A stretch of 64,000 nt of DNA, taken from contig JBMNIW010000001.1 of assembly GCA_050951325.1 (NCBI GenBank), positions 1 through 64,000 on the forward strand. Direction: 5' to 3'. How positions within the stretch are numbered: position 1 is the first letter of the stretch; every line of letters starts with the position of its first letter. Source of the stretch: Clostridia bacterium. GTDB lineage: Bacteria > Bacillota > Clostridia > UBA1212 > DUPL01. The notes beneath the pieces were generated by a model. The model saw nothing but the letters and a program-made list of their open reading frames with translations. It was not told the DNA's origin and did no database searches. The position numbers and the translations under genes were made by a program. This document shows positions 1-10,267 of the stretch, one piece after another.

Positions 1-3
1 GTC

Positions 4-423
4 ATGATTTGGAAGGATAAGTACAGACTAGGTGTTGCCGAAATTGACAAACAACATATGGAACTTTTCAGACGTGTAAATGACTTTGTTGTAACGCTTC
101 GTTCCAAAGGTTCATGGCAGGAAAAAGTAGACAAAGTCAACGATACATTGCAATTCATGCAGGAGTATGTAGTGATTCACTTCAAGGCCGAAGAAGCTTA
201 CCAACTGAAGATTGGCTACACCGGATACGAGCATCATAAAAAACTTCATGATGATATGGTTGCGTACGTAACCGAAGTAGCAGAGGAGTATGAGCGTGAA
301 GGTTACAAAGAGGAACTCATACAAAGGTTTGCGGGAAAGCTTCTTGCATGGCTTATCAACCATGTAGTGGCTGAAGACCTCAAAATTGCACAATACACAA
401 TACATAAGGAGGAACAGAAGTGA
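4..423 (+). CDS. Bacteriohemerythrin (single-domain hemerythrin)
   Basis: W..Y..GV.EID.QH N-terminus; iron-ligand motifs HF..EE, H...H and WL.NH...ED all present. Confidence 0.92.
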   Translation: MIWKDKYRLGVAEIDKQHMELFRRVNDFVVTLRSKGSWQEKVDKVNDTLQFMQEYVVIHFKAEEAYQLKIGYTGYEHHKKLHDDMVAYVTEVAEEYEREGYKEELIQRFAGKLLAWLINHVVAEDLKIAQYTIHKEEQK

Positions 424-884
424 ACAACAAAATACTTGAACATTTTCTTCAGGCTACGAACGAAGTATTTCAAATGATGTTCGATATCGAGTTTGATTTT
501 TCCACACCTATGGAAGCCAAATCCCTGCATTATGATGAAGGCCATATTTGCGCTGAGATAGCTCTTTTGGGCGATATTAAAGGAACAATAACCTTTAAAT
601 TTAATGCAGATACAGCTCTTGATCTCGTTGAAATCATGTGCGGAATGGAAATCGACGAAGTAGACGAGTTTGTAAAATCAGCCCTGGGGGAAATTGCAAA
701 TATTATCAGCGGAAACGCCCTTACAACATTGTCTCAGGAAGAAATCATTGGAGACCTGGAGCCTCCGCTGATAATAACGCAGAGTAAGAAATATGAAGAG
801 AACGATAATGTACATATCACTGTTGTTGACGCAACATCTGATATTGGTACCATGAATTTCGTGTTTGTTGAGAAAGATCAATAG
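420..884 (+). CDS. cheX: CheX-family chemotaxis phosphatase
   Basis: SALGEIANIISGN (ExxN) motif; GTG start with AAGGAGG SD, overlapping the hemerythrin stop. Confidence 0.85.
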   Translation: MNNKILEHFLQATNEVFQMMFDIEFDFSTPMEAKSLHYDEGHICAEIALLGDIKGTITFKFNADTALDLVEIMCGMEIDEVDEFVKSALGEIANIISGNALTTLSQEEIIGDLEPPLIITQSKKYEENDNVHITVVDATSDIGTMNFVFVEKDQ

Positions 885-2308
885 ACTCTTTTTGCCCCTA
901 CGTAATATTTTGACCAATAGGTATTATCCATAGAGTAAACGGCAATACCTTTCGAGGTTGTTGCGGATATCCACTCATTATCTCCCAGATAAAAACCGAC
1001 GTGCGAAATAGTGCCTGTGGAGTTGACCGCAAAAAAAACAAGGTCACCCGGACGCAAATTGCTTTTGGAGACACTGGTACCCTGGGAGAACAAACTGGCA
1101 GACGACTGTCTGGGCATTTTTACACCATGTTTGTTGAACATATAGTAAACAAAACCAGAGCAATCAAAACCATTGGGTGTGCTTCCTCCCCAGAGATAAG
1201 GCACACCTATATAATTTCTTGTATCTACTACAATGCCCTGTTTAACTACCGCATGCTCGATAGCTGTAATGGTTGCGCTGTCCGCCTTACCTGTGACGTT
1301 CAATTGATAATTCGCTTGAAATTTCTTTATTGCCGTGACTGTAGGCTCATCGTAGTTCCCGGAGTAAGCAGGAACATCAAGGTAACCAAGCTTTTTAAGA
1401 TTTTGCTGTAGTTTTACAGTGGCTTCCGTGCCTGCATCGTTTGTCTGATCATCCGTAGGTATCACAAGTTTTTGGCCCACATAAATGGTGTTCGTACTTA
1501 AATTGTTTGCTTTTTTCAAACTCTCGACACTTACATTGTACTTTCGGGCTACTGCATATAATGTATCTCCTGCTTTAACCGTATAGCCAAGGTTATCATG
1601 GTTTTCCTCCGGAATTATGAGTTCCTGTCCTGTATGGATGACATTGTTGGTCAGACCGTTTGCTTCTTTTAAACTGTTGACAGTTACACCATATTTCTGA
1701 GCTATCGACCACAAGGAATCGCCAGGTCTTACGGTGTACCTGGAAGCATCCACATGTGTGGGAATAACAAGTCTCTGTCCCACTATTATTAGATCTCCTG
1801 TAAGGTTGTTTGCCTCTTTTAACGCCGATACGGTTGTATTATAGTTTTTCGCAATCAAGGAAAGGTATTCTCCCTTTTTAACAGTATGCACAGCTTTCGG
1901 GATAACCAAAGGCTGATTAACATAAATAGTGTTTGCTGTCAAGTTGTTTGAGTCCTTGATTGCATTTACCGTTGTGTTGAATTTTTGCGCAATACCCCAT
2001 AATGAATCACCCTGCTTCACCCGGTAGTATATTGAACTGTCCTGCTGCACAATGCCGGTAGCAGCAGCTACAGGCACAGGCTTTGCAAGCGATGCACCTA
2101 TTGGGATAGAAGCTATCAATAGCCCGCCGATCATGACCTTCGCAGCAGTTATTCTCAGGTTGGGATACTTGCTCTTTATAAATTCCCTTATGCTCCTGGG
2201 ATTGTAGGTCGCTTTCTCTCCTGGTTCCATAGCGAACTCTGCATCATCATCGAGAAATATGAGGACTTCATATTCGTTTTTACCAATTTTCCTTAATTCG
2301 TGTCGCAT
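878..2308 (-). CDS. Cell-wall endopeptidase: 4x LysM, peptidoglycan-binding domain, NlpC/P60
   Basis: Four (Y/H).V..G..L..(I/V)A LysM repeats; LQQNLKKLGY...AIKKFQ PG_binding_1; PYLWGG..GFDCSG..HVG NlpC/P60 catalytic motifs. Confidence 0.92.
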   Translation of the reverse strand: MRHELRKIGKNEYEVLIFLDDDAEFAMEPGEKATYNPRSIREFIKSKYPNLRITAAKVMIGGLLIASIPIGASLAKPVPVAAATGIVQQDSSIYYRVKQGDSLWGIAQKFNTTVNAIKDSNNLTANTIYVNQPLVIPKAVHTVKKGEYLSLIAKNYNTTVSALKEANNLTGDLIIVGQRLVIPTHVDASRYTVRPGDSLWSIAQKYGVTVNSLKEANGLTNNVIHTGQELIIPEENHDNLGYTVKAGDTLYAVARKYNVSVESLKKANNLSTNTIYVGQKLVIPTDDQTNDAGTEATVKLQQNLKKLGYLDVPAYSGNYDEPTVTAIKKFQANYQLNVTGKADSATITAIEHAVVKQGIVVDTRNYIGVPYLWGGSTPNGFDCSGFVYYMFNKHGVKMPRQSSASLFSQGTSVSKSNLRPGDLVFFAVNSTGTISHVGFYLGDNEWISATTSKGIAVYSMDNTYWSKYYVGAKRVY

Positions 2309-2509
2309 ATTGATACTCCCTTCTTTTTATTTATTATCTGCATGAACAATTGAATCAATACATTAAAGGAAATAAAAAAGTTGAAGAGATGCATCTCGTG
2401 CGACTTTGTTTCTTCATTGTTTAACTATTATTTATCGTATGTTTTCTGTTTGTTGCTTAAACATTTTGCTGGAAAGATGTATAATAGTCAGAAAGGAGGA
2501 GTAAACAAT

Positions 2510-3352
2510 ATGTTGAAAATTGGTTGTCACTTGTCCAATGCAAAAGGTTATGTAAACATGATGAACCAGGCTCTAGACATAGGAGCTAATACTTTTCAGT
2601 TCTTTACCCGCAATCCAAGAGGCAGCAGAGTAAAAAACATAGACCATGAAGATATCGGCAATTTTAACAACATGATGAAGGAGAACAATTTCAACAAGAT
2701 TGTCGGGCATGCCCCATACACATTGAATCCTGCTTCTCCCGACAATAGAGTGTTGAACTTTGCTTATCTCACTGTGGAAGAAGATCTGTCCCTTATGGAA
2801 TTAATGCCAGGCAACTTCTACAACATGCATCCTGGAAGTCATGTCAAATCAGGAGTGGAAGAAGGCATTAAAAGAGTAATTGACGTTCTTAACCAAAACA
2901 TGTCAAACACCATGACTACTACCATACTGCTTGAAACAATGTCTGGAAAAGGGTCTGAAATCGGCAGGACTTTTGAAGAGCTGCTGATGATAATCGATGG
3001 CCTTAACCATCCTGACAAGGTTGGCATATGCCTTGATACTTGCCATGTATACGACGGAGGATACGACATTAAAGAAGATTTGGATGGAGTACTTTATGAG
3101 CTTGACAAGGTTATCGGGATTGAACGGCTGCATGCAATTCACATAAACGATACCAAGAACCCCTTTGCCAGCCACAAGGACAGACACGAAAAGATTGGCG
3201 ATGGTTATCTGGGAGAAGAATTCTTTTTCAAATTGATTAATCATAAAGATTTGAAGGACAAAATATTTATTCTTGAAACCCCGAATGAGATTGAAGGATA
3301 TGCAGCAGAAATAAAGCTGCTTAAGTACAATTACGGTAATATTGACTTTTAG
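2510..3352 (+). CDS. nfo: Endonuclease IV
   Basis: IGCHLS, FTRNPR, HAPY, HPGS, LETMSGKG, DTCH, HINDTK..KDRH, ILETP motifs; ATG at 2510 follows AGGAGG. Confidence 0.93.
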   Translation: MLKIGCHLSNAKGYVNMMNQALDIGANTFQFFTRNPRGSRVKNIDHEDIGNFNNMMKENNFNKIVGHAPYTLNPASPDNRVLNFAYLTVEEDLSLMELMPGNFYNMHPGSHVKSGVEEGIKRVIDVLNQNMSNTMTTTILLETMSGKGSEIGRTFEELLMIIDGLNHPDKVGICLDTCHVYDGGYDIKEDLDGVLYELDKVIGIERLHAIHINDTKNPFASHKDRHEKIGDGYLGEEFFFKLINHKDLKDKIFILETPNEIEGYAAEIKLLKYNYGNIDF

Positions 3353-3402
3353 GTATCTCGGTGATACTATAACCATGAAATTTTTGATGGGAAGGATTCT
3401 GA

Positions 3403-4587
3403 ATGAAACCTAATTACAGAAGAAGAGCCAAACTTTTAAAGTTATTTACATTTTTTATTTTGTTAGCCGCAATATTATATATTACATATATTGGGCCTTT
3501 ATTGAAATTTATTAACAACTATATCCCAGACGATTCAACAGACGGAGACCCTGTATTAAGTCCAGGTGCGCCTGTTGTTGATTTGAGCGGATATCTAAAT
3601 CCAACTCCGACACCCGTACCTACGATTTCAGAAACACCTGATAACGGTTCAACTCCGGACCCGATTATTACTTCATCCCCTACGCCAACTCCGGTTCCTA
3701 CTCCAACCATACCCTATGTACCTGATCCAAAAGTACCAGGAGTAAAGCATATAAACGGCAAGGATCTGAGGCTGGATTCTGACAGTATAAATTTGCTCAT
3801 GTTGGGTGTTGATGAGAAATACAGCAACGTGGACTCCATATTTATTGTAAGCATCAGTAACAGCAAGAAGAGCATTAAAGTTATTTCTGTTCCAAGGGAT
3901 GCTTATGTGCCCTACCCTGAAAACATCGCCAGCCTTTTAAAGAGCCCCAGATATTATTTCAAGGGTATTTTCAAGGTAAACGCTGCTTACCACGTTGGAA
4001 ACAATATTCTAAATTACCAGGACGGGATATTTGCAAGCAAGGGCATAAACTTTTTATGCAGCGTTCTGGATGGACTGTTGGTAAATGTCAACCTTACCAT
4101 TCATGATTATGTAAGAGTCAATTTTGAAGGCTTTACCGAGATTGTGGATATAGCAGGCGGAGTTTATGTTGACGTGCCAGAAGATATGTACAATTCTAAC
4201 GGCAAGCTGTTTTTGGCAAAAGGTAGACAGTTTTTGAATTCAAAACAAGCTCTTGAGTTTGTTCGGAGAAGAAATAGATATGATTCCAACGGCAAGATGA
4301 TCTCAAGCTCAGGCGACCCCTATAGAAAGGCAAACCAGCTCGCTTTCCTGAAGGGCTGTGCGGAACAGCTGGTTACTGTGGATAGTATAACAAAAGCACC
4401 GCAAATACTCGAGTCTCTAAGCAAAAACGTGCATCATAGTGTGAATAACTTCTCAAAGATGTCAAAGTATATGGGGATTGCTATGGATTATGCAAGCGGA
4501 AAGTATGAAGTGGAATTGCTGCTTATACGAGGCAAATCGATAGACCCCTTAGGCGACAGGGCAAGCTATGTAGATATAATTACTTAA
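3403..4587 (+). CDS. LCP (LytR-CpsA-Psr) family cell-wall polymer transferase
   Basis: N-terminal TM helix, Pro/Thr linker, NLLMLGVD, SVPRD, KVNAAY, ALEFVR.R, GD..R..NQ motifs. Confidence 0.85.
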   Translation: MKPNYRRRAKLLKLFTFFILLAAILYITYIGPLLKFINNYIPDDSTDGDPVLSPGAPVVDLSGYLNPTPTPVPTISETPDNGSTPDPIITSSPTPTPVPTPTIPYVPDPKVPGVKHINGKDLRLDSDSINLLMLGVDEKYSNVDSIFIVSISNSKKSIKVISVPRDAYVPYPENIASLLKSPRYYFKGIFKVNAAYHVGNNILNYQDGIFASKGINFLCSVLDGLLVNVNLTIHDYVRVNFEGFTEIVDIAGGVYVDVPEDMYNSNGKLFLAKGRQFLNSKQALEFVRRRNRYDSNGKMISSSGDPYRKANQLAFLKGCAEQLVTVDSITKAPQILESLSKNVHHSVNNFSKMSKYMGIAMDYASGKYEVELLLIRGKSIDPLGDRASYVDIIT

Positions 4588-4601
4588 TCCGAAGTAAACG
4601 G

Positions 4602-4635
4602 AAACCAGGAACTTAAATAAGCTCCTGGTTTTTTT
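4602..4635 (+). terminator. Intrinsic terminator, probably bidirectional
   Basis: AAACCAGGA...TCCTGGTTT stem followed by a T run between convergent genes. Confidence 0.7.
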
Positions 4636-4642
4636 GATGCCT

Positions 4643-6865
4643 TTATATATCAAATACAGTTTCAGTGTTTGCCTTGCATTCCAGTGTTTCTCCGTTGTCA
4701 AAATGGATGACAATGTCTTTTTCGGGGAGTACTTTGTATATACCATCTTTCCATTCAGTATATACTTTGCTGCCACAAGGGAGAGGTATCGCTCCCTTGG
4801 CACTCTTAATTCTTCCTGGCCTTAACTTAAACTCAAAGTGATTTACCCCCTTTGTGAAGCGCTTGGCCAATCCAAGACCATAATGTGTCAAAATCCAAGT
4901 TGGGCATCCCGACCACTGATGACAGTGACTCCATCTGGTATCAAACACTTCAAGGCATGTGGTCTCTCCCAGATCCAACATGTATCCCCAACAGGATTTA
5001 ATCTGCCTTGTTGCAAACTCGTCCTCACCATTCTCCATGAGGGCGGTCAGCGCAAAATTCATAAAGAACGGAGTAATAATTTGCTTTAGGAATATGGTAG
5101 GACTATACAACCTTGGCGCATCCGGATTGTTTGGAAAACAGCTGGTTATAAAGTTCTTGATGTATTCCAAAACAGGCTGCCTCTCCTCTTCTTTAAACAT
5201 TCCCATATAAAGAAGCATAACATAGGAGTGAAATTCCGGCTCCATGGATTTCTTGGCTCTTTCAAGCAGCATGCGTACATTTTCTATCTGTCTGATAATT
5301 TTGTCTTTTGCATCATCTTCTCCCAGTACATCAGAGATTTCCAAATATGCATTAAGCGCAGTATAGTACATACAGATTACTGGCACGATCATCCTGCCAG
5401 GTATTACTTCATAACCCCAGTCAATAAAGCCGCAACTTAGCTCAATGCCGTTTTTCTTTAACAGACCATCATTTAAATCAAGGCTCTTTTCCATGAAATT
5501 CATAAAACGCTTAAGCGGTTTGTTTACTTCCCGGAGTAAAGTATCATCCCCGCAGTAGTCGTAGTAGTCCCTAAGACCCGCAACCCAGAGCAAAGAATAT
5601 GTTATGAAATATGCAATCTGACCCGGATACAGAGCTGGTATTACTCCATCTTCATCTGTCAGTGTTGAAGCCTGCAATAAAGACTTTCTGATTACCTGCA
5701 AGTCTCCATAAGCTACTGATGCAGTTCTTAATCCCACAACAGCACTGTCACCTGTCCATTGACCTCTTTCCCTAACAGGACAGTCAGTAACCACATCCTC
5801 AGTACAAGAGCGTAACGTATCTACACCCATCTGCCAGATGACATTTAGCCTTCCGTCATTGCATTCAAATTCTCCTACTTTTTCATCAAAGAAGGTTCTC
5901 CAGTACGCCTTCTCCTCGAGTATTTCTATATTATCTACTTCCGATGGATTACACACCACATGAACTTCAAGATAACGCCCTCCAAGAGGAGTTATTGGCA
6001 TGAAAGTCTCAACACCACCTCTGGCAGTGAAATGAACCATGTTGGCAGATTGACCAGTTGTCAAACTCACAAAAGGTGTAACCCTGCCTCCCTCTACCAG
6101 TGATTCACACAATGCAAATTCCACGGTAGCACCTTTTGGGCAATCAATTGTAATGCATGGACGAACAAGCTTTACTGTACCAAGGTCATATCTTCTCCAG
6201 ATGCCCTGCGGAGGACTTACCAGGTGTCTAAGTCTTCTCAGTGAAAATCTTGCCTGCGGAAAGTCTTTTTCATATCCGAATTCTTCTGTCAGGTACCCGC
6301 TTCCTATTCTCGTCATTTCTATCTCCAAGTTCTTGGCTGGCTCTGTTTTATCCAGTTCAACATCAAACAGGCGTTCTTTTGAATATCTCCTCTCCCAGGA
6401 GCTGTCATTAAAATCAAGATTAAATATGTTCTGGGGAGTAAAAGATGTGTCTCTCCACTCCATAAAGCCAAGTATTGCATTTATTTTTATGCTTCCACTT
6501 TGATCAAATCCACCAAGATTTGCATATGCTATTTCAGGCTCTATCTCTCTTCCATCTTCTCCATAAATCTCTATCATAAAGAACGGAGGAAGCTGATTGT
6601 CGCATATGCGTGTAGCTAGGTCTTGATACTCAAGGATAACTGTTATCACATGCATCCCTTTCTCCATATCAAGAAAATACTCTGTGTATTGAGGATTTGT
6701 GTAATGGAACCTTGTAGGTCCATCTCCGGCAAATTCACCGTCAAGGTAGAATATGTATTGTGTGCGTCCAGTCATATTCAGTCTGACCTTTTCTTTCTCA
6801 GTCTCAAACTTGACCCTTATGCAGTAATGAGCATGTAGTTTTTTCTCCCATTGTAAAAAAGCCAT
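4643..6865 (-). CDS. GH78-like alpha-L-rhamnosidase, cytoplasmic
   Basis: DCPVRERGQWTGD, FIDW, TTCLE..SHCHQWSG motifs; no signal peptide; ATG at 6865 chosen from SD position. Confidence 0.8.
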   Translation of the reverse strand: MAFLQWEKKLHAHYCIRVKFETEKEKVRLNMTGRTQYIFYLDGEFAGDGPTRFHYTNPQYTEYFLDMEKGMHVITVILEYQDLATRICDNQLPPFFMIEIYGEDGREIEPEIAYANLGGFDQSGSIKINAILGFMEWRDTSFTPQNIFNLDFNDSSWERRYSKERLFDVELDKTEPAKNLEIEMTRIGSGYLTEEFGYEKDFPQARFSLRRLRHLVSPPQGIWRRYDLGTVKLVRPCITIDCPKGATVEFALCESLVEGGRVTPFVSLTTGQSANMVHFTARGGVETFMPITPLGGRYLEVHVVCNPSEVDNIEILEEKAYWRTFFDEKVGEFECNDGRLNVIWQMGVDTLRSCTEDVVTDCPVRERGQWTGDSAVVGLRTASVAYGDLQVIRKSLLQASTLTDEDGVIPALYPGQIAYFITYSLLWVAGLRDYYDYCGDDTLLREVNKPLKRFMNFMEKSLDLNDGLLKKNGIELSCGFIDWGYEVIPGRMIVPVICMYYTALNAYLEISDVLGEDDAKDKIIRQIENVRMLLERAKKSMEPEFHSYVMLLYMGMFKEEERQPVLEYIKNFITSCFPNNPDAPRLYSPTIFLKQIITPFFMNFALTALMENGEDEFATRQIKSCWGYMLDLGETTCLEVFDTRWSHCHQWSGCPTWILTHYGLGLAKRFTKGVNHFEFKLRPGRIKSAKGAIPLPCGSKVYTEWKDGIYKVLPEKDIVIHFDNGETLECKANTETVFDI

Positions 6866-7111
6866 ATTCTTCACTCCCAATACTTTTCTAATTTACCTAT
6901 TTAGTATAGCATAATAATTATAAATGTACATCCAAAGAAGAACGTTAATTTACAATTTTTTACTTGCAAACTTTTTAATTTGTATATATTATAAACAGAC
7001 AAACAAAGGATTTGACATTCGTAATTTCAATCTGCAAGTTCATGCCATATTCGCATTTTAATCAAAGCATACTTACCACGTCCTAAAAAACTATTATAGG
7101 AGGTCGGTGGC

Positions 7112-8029
7112 ATGCGCCAAAAGAGTATTTTTAATAACATCTATCACGTGATAAACATTGGTGTGGGTGACATGATCATTTTCAGAAATGAGGAGGACAA
7201 GGATTATTTCTGCCAACTTGTGCAGAAGAACGTCCAAAAACACAGTATTACAATTTACGCATATGCGATAATGGACAACCATTTCCATTTTTGCTTGAGT
7301 TCACCTGACTTTAATAATATTTCGAACTTTATGCGGGATGTATGTGCTCCTTATGCCAGATACTTTAACCGTACGGAAATCACAATGAAAAACAACAAGC
7401 CTACCAAAAGACACGGTGCTGTGTTTGCCGAAGCGTTCAAAGCTATCCCTGTTAACAGTCTGAACCAGATGGTTACTCTTGTTAATTACATACACAATAA
7501 TCCTTGTTCGGCAAAGGAAGATCCAAAAACATATGTGTACAGCAGTTTTACGAAGTATCTCAATATACTTTACAAGATTAAGAATGAGAAGGCTGCGGAA
7601 AAGAAATGGTCCATCTACATTAACACTTCCTACTTCAGAGAACTGTCGTATAAAGAGTTTATCAAACTTATGACAAGGGATGAAAACGACCGGTTCTGCG
7701 AAGGAGACTCTGAATTGAATGGCAAATACTATATGTCGGACACCATGGTCATAAAAGAAGTGGAAAATGTTTTTAAAATGAAGATAGCAGATATAAAGCA
7801 CATGGAAGAGATGCAAAGAAACAAATGGCTGTACGCTATCAGTTTAATTCCTGGTACATATGTAAGGCAAATATCCAGAATCGTGGGTCTTTCGTACAGT
7901 TTCATACGTAAATGCTTAAAGAGCTTTGAGGAATTTATAAACGACCCTGTAAGACTTGATAGATTAAAAAAGAATGTAATAAACAAACTTATTAATCACA
8001 AGGACATAACAAGCTGCGCAAGCTTATAA
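7112..8029 (+). mobile_element. REP-associated tyrosine transposase (RAYT)-like Y1 HUH endonuclease with C-terminal extension
   Basis: YHV...G, YAYAIMDNHFH (HUH), YARYFN, YIHNNP (catalytic Tyr), YSS motifs; no element ends recognised. Confidence 0.8.
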
Positions 8030-8223
8030 TTATTAAATTCATTATAAACCTGATTATCCCCCAATCAGATTTGTTTCCCCCTGAAAATAAGTGATATTTT
8101 ATACTTTATACTTTTCTGCTTAAAAGTGCGGGTTTGCTTTGGCATGCCTTGGTTTTAGCATAAAAAAAGCCCTTCACTTTAGGAAGGACTTTAGTTTTTT
8201 ATGTTTATGTTTTGCAATCATGT

Positions 8224-9069
8224 TTATACTCCTGAGTATGCTGCGAATCCACCGTCAACCGGAATGACTGTGCCTGTTACAAAGCCTGAAGCCTCGTCGT
8301 TAGCCAGCCACAGAAGGGTTCCAATTAGGTCTGAAGGGTCGCCAAAGCGGTTCATTGGAGTATGAGACAATATTTTCTTTGATCTGGCTGTTGGATTACC
8401 GCTTTCATCAAACAGAAGATTTCTGTTCTGATGAGTAACAAAGAAACCAGGTGCTATTGCGTTCACTCTTATGTTGCTTGGTGCAAAGTGCACGCTCATC
8501 CACTGAGTCAGATTAGACACACCTGCCTTGGCAGCACTGTATGCAGGTATCTTAGTCAATGGCCTGAAAGCGTTCATGGATGAAATATTTATAATATTTC
8601 CTCGCTCATTCTTTACCATATCTTTTGCAAACACCTGCGTTGTCAGCACGGCAGACAGAATATTCAGGTCGAAAACAAAACTGATGCCTGCTGGATCAAG
8701 ATCAAAAAATGTTTTAATCTCTTTTTCCAAGTCTCCGGGCATAAACTGCTCATTGTCTGTTGTACCCTTGGGGCTGTTGCCACCTGCGCCATTTATCAGT
8801 ATATCGCAAGCACCCATAGCCTTGATAATTTCTTCTCTTGCTTTCTCAAGACTCTCCTTGTTAAGGCAGTCAGCTTCAAATCCTTGGGCGAAACCACCCT
8901 TTTCAATAATTCTCTCTGCGATACTTTTTGCTGCATCCGCATTAATGTCTAAAATGGCTATTTTTGCGCTACACTCAGCCAGGGCTTCAGCAAAAGCTGA
9001 ACACAGCACGCCTCCACCACCGGTAATAACTACAACCTTGTCTCTTAAATCTACTTTAAAAGGTAACAT
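8224..9069 (-). CDS. uxuB: SDR-family D-mannonate oxidoreductase (fructuronate reductase)
   Basis: TGGGGVL, NGAGGN, PLTKIPAYSAAK; same operon as uxuA. Confidence 0.8.
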   Translation of the reverse strand: MLPFKVDLRDKVVVITGGGGVLCSAFAEALAECSAKIAILDINADAAKSIAERIIEKGGFAQGFEADCLNKESLEKAREEIIKAMGACDILINGAGGNSPKGTTDNEQFMPGDLEKEIKTFFDLDPAGISFVFDLNILSAVLTTQVFAKDMVKNERGNIINISSMNAFRPLTKIPAYSAAKAGVSNLTQWMSVHFAPSNIRVNAIAPGFFVTHQNRNLLFDESGNPTARSKKILSHTPMNRFGDPSDLIGTLLWLANDEASGFVTGTVIPVDGGFAAYSGV

Positions 9070-9080
9070 TTCTTCACTCC

Positions 9081-10262
9081 TTATTTCATGAAGGTTTTGG
9101 ATATGTCTTCAACAACAACATCATCCTTGCTCACTTTGGCCTTGAAGTTTGAAGTTGCTCTCCTCTTGTTAAGCTCTGCAAGGAACTCATCCTCATCAAT
9201 TGGCAGTTCTACTGTCTTGTCAAGCCAACCTGACAAATACATCGCATTCGACATCATCAATGACTTTATGCCTTCTTCTCCGGGAACATAAAGGGGAGTA
9301 TCGTGCAGGATGCTGCTGAAGAAGTTGTTCATCATCCAAATATGGCCAAGAGGTCCTTCTGGTTTTGGTATCTCTACTTCAACCCTTTCATGACCAGGTA
9401 TTGCAAAGCTTACTTCATTAGCTCTGTTGAACTCTCTCTCATTCATCTTGTTCTTGTAGTATGCAAGCTGTCCACCTGTTACCACCAGTTTTCCTTCATC
9501 TCCTAAAATCTCGAAGTAATTCGTTCCTGGATAGTCTCCTGTGGACGTTACAAACACACCAGTTGCTCCATTTGGATACTCAAAGTATGCAGTTACATCG
9601 TCTTCTACCTCTATGTCATGCCATTTACCCATATGACAATTAGCTCTAATTTTTGAAGGCATCATGCCTGTAATCCACTGCCACAGATCAAGGTTGTGGG
9701 GTGCCTGGTTAAGCAAGACTCCGCCACCTTCTCCTTCCCATGTTGCGCGCCATGAACCTGAATCATAATATGACTGAGGTCTGTACCAGTCAGTTATCAA
9801 CAAGGTCACCCTTTTAATTTCACCTATTGCGCCTGCAGCTACCAATTCATGCATTTTTGCATACAGAGGATTTGTCCTGTTTTGAAACATTATCATAAAC
9901 TTCTTACCGGACTTGGCAGCTGCTTCATTCATCTCCCTGACTTTCTTTGTATAAACGCCAGCAGGTTTCTCAATTACCACATGCAATCCGTTTTCAAATG
10001 CCTTAATAGCTAATACAGGGTGGTCATAGTGTGGAGTTGCAATGACTACTGCATCCACTGTTCCAGATTTAATCAACTCTTCAGGATCTGTGAAAACCGC
10101 ACAATTTTCAGGAAGTCTCTCCTTTACAGCATTTAACTTCGCTTCGTTGACATCACAAATTGCAGTAAGAACCCCACCCTTTATGTTTCCTGAATTGTAA
10201 TCATTAATGTAACCATTACCCATGTTACCAATACCTATAACTCCATATCTTACTTTGTCCAT
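9081..10262 (-). CDS. Gfo/Idh/MocA family oxidoreductase
   Basis: GIGNMG, ATPHYDH, EKP, WRATW..EGGGVLLNQAPH motifs. Confidence 0.88.
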   Translation of the reverse strand: MDKVRYGVIGIGNMGNGYINDYNSGNIKGGVLTAICDVNEAKLNAVKERLPENCAVFTDPEELIKSGTVDAVVIATPHYDHPVLAIKAFENGLHVVIEKPAGVYTKKVREMNEAAAKSGKKFMIMFQNRTNPLYAKMHELVAAGAIGEIKRVTLLITDWYRPQSYYDSGSWRATWEGEGGGVLLNQAPHNLDLWQWITGMMPSKIRANCHMGKWHDIEVEDDVTAYFEYPNGATGVFVTSTGDYPGTNYFEILGDEGKLVVTGGQLAYYKNKMNEREFNRANEVSFAIPGHERVEVEIPKPEGPLGHIWMMNNFFSSILHDTPLYVPGEEGIKSLMMSNAMYLSGWLDKTVELPIDEDEFLAELNKRRATSNFKAKVSKDDVVVEDISKTFMK

Positions 10263-10267
10263 ACAAA

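Noticed and set aside
3590-3730. Pro/Thr repeats in the LCP protein and other surface proteins as DNA repeats
   Set aside because: These are ordinary low-complexity linkers with varied codons.
6881-8223. Terminal inverted repeats or REP elements around the RAYT-like gene
   Set aside because: Only short patchy matches (TTAAAA.TGCG, TGGCATG) between the flanks; the hairpin near 8165-8192 is better explained as the uxuB terminator.
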